From IMG/VR virus record IMGVR_UViG_3300031867_000003, positions 1 through 64,000 of that record: 64,000 nucleotides of DNA; one strand, 5' to 3'. The notes beneath the pieces were generated by a model. The model was not told the DNA's origin. It did not search any database and worked only from the letters and a program-made list of their open reading frames with translations. The position numbers and the translations under genes are program-made. The stretch is from a virus. Taxonomy: Duplodnaviria > Caudoviricetes. Positions within the stretch are counted from its first letter, which is position 1. Each line of letters opens with the position of its first letter. Below, piece after piece: positions 60,041-64,000 of the stretch.

Positions 60041-60489
60041 CGTACAAAGAAGAAAAACGTGATTTATTCACTGTCGATGATAGCTATTACTTGGCACATT
60101 GCATCAGCGCGGATTTTAAACTTGGCGCGGGAATCGCAGTTGAATTTGATAAACGATTCAATTGTCGCAAGAGATTATTCGAAATGTATCCGTCATCAAG
60201 AGTTCCTTACTGGGATAAGCTCCAAGATAGATTCAAGGGATTATGTACTATTACGGATCCCGTCTATAATCTAATAACCAAGCGCAACTATTGGAATAAG
60301 CCGACATTAACAACTATGGAAAACGCGCTACTTTGGATGAAAGAAGATTGCGAAATTCGCAAGATTGATAAACTGGCAATGCCGAAGATTGGCTGCGGAT
60401 TAGATAAATTACACTGGGAAGATGTGTCTGCATTAATTAAAAAGGTATTCGATGACACTGATATAGAAATTTTGGTTTGCGTCCAGTGA
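60037..60489 (+). CDS. Macrodomain ADP-ribose hydrolase (TARG1/DarG-like)
   Basis: DLF, LAHCISADFKLGAGIA..F, NLITK, AMPKIGCGLDKL.W. Confidence 0.9.
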   Translation: MTYKEEKRDLFTVDDSYYLAHCISADFKLGAGIAVEFDKRFNCRKRLFEMYPSSRVPYWDKLQDRFKGLCTITDPVYNLITKRNYWNKPTLTTMENALLWMKEDCEIRKIDKLAMPKIGCGLDKLHWEDVSALIKKVFDDTDIEILVCVQ

Positions 60490-60498
60490 TAGGAGTTT

Positions 60499-60673
60499 AT
60501 GATGGCTAAAGGAACAAGAGAATGCCCGGTTTGCTCCGAAGATTGTTCAGTACTATGATGATACGCTTTTTGATCTGAACGGTATTCATACCACAATTTA
60601 CCAGGATCTTGCCAAAGAGGTATTCGGCACTTTTGATGGAGTTTGCTATTGCACTGAAAAGGTTGAGGAGTAA
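60499..60673 (+). pseudogene. Chimeric remnant: short Zn-finger start joined out of frame to a 3' fragment paralogous to 10897-11478
   Basis: FAPKIVQYYDDTLFDLNGIHTTIYQDLAKEVF vs FDNKVVQYYSDNLADVNRNTSTLYQDIADRVF. Confidence 0.6.
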
Positions 60674-63600
60674 TGCACACTGTTTGGGCGGTTACCTATT
60701 TAGATGAATATGATCACTCGCAAATGCTGATATTTGATAATCCATTAGCAGCATATGCTTGCCGCCGTTACTTCTATAATATTTATAGGGGTAACGTGCA
60801 AGTTGATCAGCACGAAGTTTATGGTAGCTTTATGGCGGCTGGGAATGAGGACGAATAATGTGGAATCCAGAGACTGATGCTTGTGATTACTGCTATGAAT
60901 GTGAATATTTTTTACATGAGTACTGGAATTGTCAAGGCGAATTAGAACCTTGTTTGGAATTCATACCAAAGAAGGATTCTAAATATAAGAAAGTCGAGGT
61001 TGTTGTTACGAAGGAGAAATAAATGTTAAACGATTCATATTGGAAAGAACACAATGATGGCGAACGTGCTTATTTATATTCCATGGATGGTAGAACAATA
61101 GCTTTTATCCAGAGAAAAAATGATATATGGAGTTGTTCCATATACGAGGAGTTTATTAGTGAAGATTTTTATTGGAGGGGGATGGATTCAATTAAAGAAG
61201 TTGAATGGCAAGTAACTCTTTATATTAGTAATAAGTGTAATAAGATAGCTAATCAACTTCATAAAATTCGGGATCATCTTCCGAGTATTCATGATCTGGC
61301 TGAAAAAGCAGGAGTTATAAAATGATCTATTTAGCAATTGGGAATGTTGTTTTTATGTTGGGATATATAGTTGGTAAAATATGTGCTACATACGAATACA
61401 ATAAAACAAGTCTTTGACGGTGGTTAATATGGACAATATAAAATACGTTACAAAAGAAGAAGTTGATAAAAATAAATATGGGTATGCAGTATGCGAATGC
61501 ACGGTTTTTGGTCCAGACTATGGTATACAAGTACCAAGAAAAAAGTATAATGATTTTGTTAAATTTAAATGTCCAAGATGTGGTATGGAACTCGGATTAT
61601 TTGTAAGAGGTACTGATCCGAATTGTGATTATTTTAATGTATGTTAAATATTAGATTTTATGAGGAAGATCACGATGAGTTGGATGGATGAATTGTATTA
61701 TATAATTACCACGCCTGTAATTAAACAATTTGGTGTTAATGCTCTATTATCGAAGGATTTATGGCTTCAAGTGATTGAGTTAATGGCAGATGAGCTGACA
61801 ACAAAAAATTCTATATTGTTTGAAAAGTATAAGATTTGATGATGCAGAGTAACATTTACTTTGATTGGAGAAAAATATGAGCTATAACGAGAACGGTATT
61901 TGTAAATTCGCAATAGAACGAGAAGATAGTCATGGTTCGCAGCAACGTCATCCGCTGCAATTGGTGGCTTGAAGATTATAAACCGGAATTTTTGGAGTAT
62001 TTTGAGGAGATATGAGGAACATGGTTAAAGTATTTACAACAAACAGTGATGGCAAAATTGAATTTACCAAAGATGAGTTGGAAAAATTATTAAACGAAGT
62101 GTGGGAAGACGGACGTAGTTCTTGCTACTGGTGGTCATCGCAGACGATTACGAGTGATAAAATAACAACGCCACTTTACGTCAATAAAGGCGCTGAAATT
62201 ACTTGTATAGCAGGCGAATGAAATTAAGGGATAAGGATATGTGTGGGACAAAAGATAAACCGTGCTGTACTTGCTTTTATGGTGATGGCGGATGCCTTGC
62301 TTCTATGAGAGAGGATTTTTATATGTCTGCTACGGAAGAACAGGTACGGGAACGATTAGAAAATGGTTCGTATTCGGAATACCAGGATGTTATGAAGACG
62401 TATTTGAAAGCATTTGAAATAGCAGCTAAACAAACAATACCACCATTAGAAGATATGAGTCGGATGAACCAAATTTTAAGAGAGCGATTATATTGCTGTG
62501 TAGATAATTAATAAATGAAATTGAGGTTTCATAGGAGAGATTAGTAATGGCTGAATATATTAACAGTGATGTTAAAGTAGTCGGTATTGGCGATAATATA
62601 GAAATTGACATTCCAGAACCAATCGCATCAATAAACTTTGACGCACTTCATGCTGGTACATATGTGGTGGATGTCAAACAAGATGGGTCTTATTCGGCTG
62701 TTTTTGTTGGAACAATGTATGAAAACTAAGTTTTACTGGAGAAAAATGATGGAAAATAATATTAGAACAGTCAAACAACTATATGACGAGTGCGTTAAAA
62801 ATAATATAGAGAATTATGAAATTAGGTGTTTATTTAAATCCTGGGATAATGAAGGATATATCGGCGAGTTGGTGACGGCTCCATATCCTTATACACATAA
62901 CGATCAAGATAAATGCATTAATTTGTATTTTAATCAGACATATAAGATGTTGTAATAAAATTAAGTTTTGTTGGGGAGTAATATGGATATATATGAACTA
63001 ATAGATTACTACATTGATAAATATCTAGAAGAAAAGGAACATCAAACAGATGGATATACTCTTGCTGGGATGTTACAGGGATTATTATGGATTTGTCGCT
63101 TTGGTGGCGTAACAGATGAGAATCTTGGTGATGATAGATTAATAAAAATATCTGGCAAATGAAATAAACGATTGGAGGCACTATGACAAATTTTGAAAAA
63201 TATGTGAGCAGCTTAACACAGGATCGATTTATTAATTCGATGATATTGAATTGTGACGGCTGTCCTGTATATCCATGCTGTGAAGATGGAACTGAAGACA
63301 ATGGAATTGATTGCAAAGAAAGACTTCGTGATTGGTGTGAAGCTGAGAATTGAGGTACAGTCCAGTTATGAGAGAAACTAGAAGAATATGATTATTAAAC
63401 AACGAAAGGAGAGAGTTCACGATGAATAATCAAACAACCACTACCTTCGTGAACGAATATGATAAGTATGATTAATTTAGGAAATATTGTAATAACTGAA
63501 TTTACGAATGCGGAACTTTATAGAAACTTAGATACAGATAGCGACACGCTGTATTTTGAGGGTATAGCCGAAGTCGATGATTCTGACGAAAAACAAAAGA

Positions 63601-63878
63601 TGGTATTGGGTAGAATTCCAAATTTTGGTACAAAATCTCATTCCCCGATAAATAATTGTGATTTGCAGAGGCTACAAATAAAAAAAGAATATGAAAAGTC
63701 TATCGGCATACAGTACGATAATGAGGAACTTTTATATACTTTAGAGCAATTGAGCTCTGCTACACTAAACATAGACGAAATAAATAATAAAGAATTGCCA
63801 GATAATATTTCAATAATAAAGACTAAATATAATGTTATTGAGAAGAATGGGCTCCATAAGGTTCAAGGAGTATCGTGA
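60673..63878 (+). other. Array of small hypothetical genes (stops include 60858, 61325, 61647, 62221, 62511, 62729, 62955, 63162, 63878)
   Basis: ORF track; many bounded by the palindromic junction sites. Confidence 0.7.
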
Positions 63879-64000
63879 CTGCCAATGAAATTAGGAGAAC
63901 ATAAAATAGACCGTGTTGTTATATAACAATGATGATTATTATCCAGCCAATATAATTATTAAAAATAATGATACAAACAATAAGGAGCAAATATGGCAAT

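Larger units (their letters stand above)
56920..62970. repeat. Gene-junction palindromic sites, right cluster (15 copies)
   Basis: 16-mers starting at 56920, 57234, 57864, 58466, 58659, 58853, 59297, 61318, 61402, 61645, 61849, 61979, 62516, 62720, 62955; consensus T(A/G)AAA-N6-TTT(G/T)A. Confidence 0.75.

Noticed and set aside
63160-63175. Possible further junction site TGAAA-TAAACG-ATTGG
   Set aside because: Right arm too degenerate to count
182-63420. Minus-strand ORFs in the six-frame track
   Set aside because: Almost all are antisense shadows of RBS-led plus-strand genes or RNAs, with no recognisable motifs

Overview
The window is a 64-kb segment of a large, AT-rich temperate phage or prophage of a Gram-positive (probably Clostridia-type) host. 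It is SPbeta-like in organisation, and essentially all real genes are on the + strand. From left to right it holds: small accessory genes; a tyrosine-recombinase / DGQHR / MrpR-like triad next to an SOS-box-controlled gene; an RNA-dense island (10.6-15.8 kb); a replication module (Sak4-like ATPase, SSB, DnaB, primase, nuclease, DnaE); a PARP with macrodomains; a C5-methyltransferase locus; a Cas12f-like CRISPR module; and a long array of small accessory genes. The RNA island contains a tRNA-Leu(UAA) split by a group I intron, three further tRNAs, several aberrant tRNA-like RNAs and large hairpin RNAs. The most unusual observations are these. (1) A cytosine methyltransferase is split into catalytic N- and C-terminal genes around about 11 separately encoded TRD-like mini-genes, three of them frameshifted at poly-G tracts. 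(2) About 22 copies of a 16-bp palindromic T(A/G)AAA-N6-TTT(G/T)A site sit mostly at stop-codon/RBS junctions, suggesting an integron-like cassette array. (3) A phage Cas12f uses a type II-A-style array (36-nt repeats, about 30-nt spacers, ATTTGAG leader end) with an in-cis anti-repeat. (4) Two coiled-coil genes are each followed by a large nested-stem RNA. (5) In-frame TAG codons at likely Gln positions suggest amber recoding. All calls come from manual reading; no database searches or folding programs were run.
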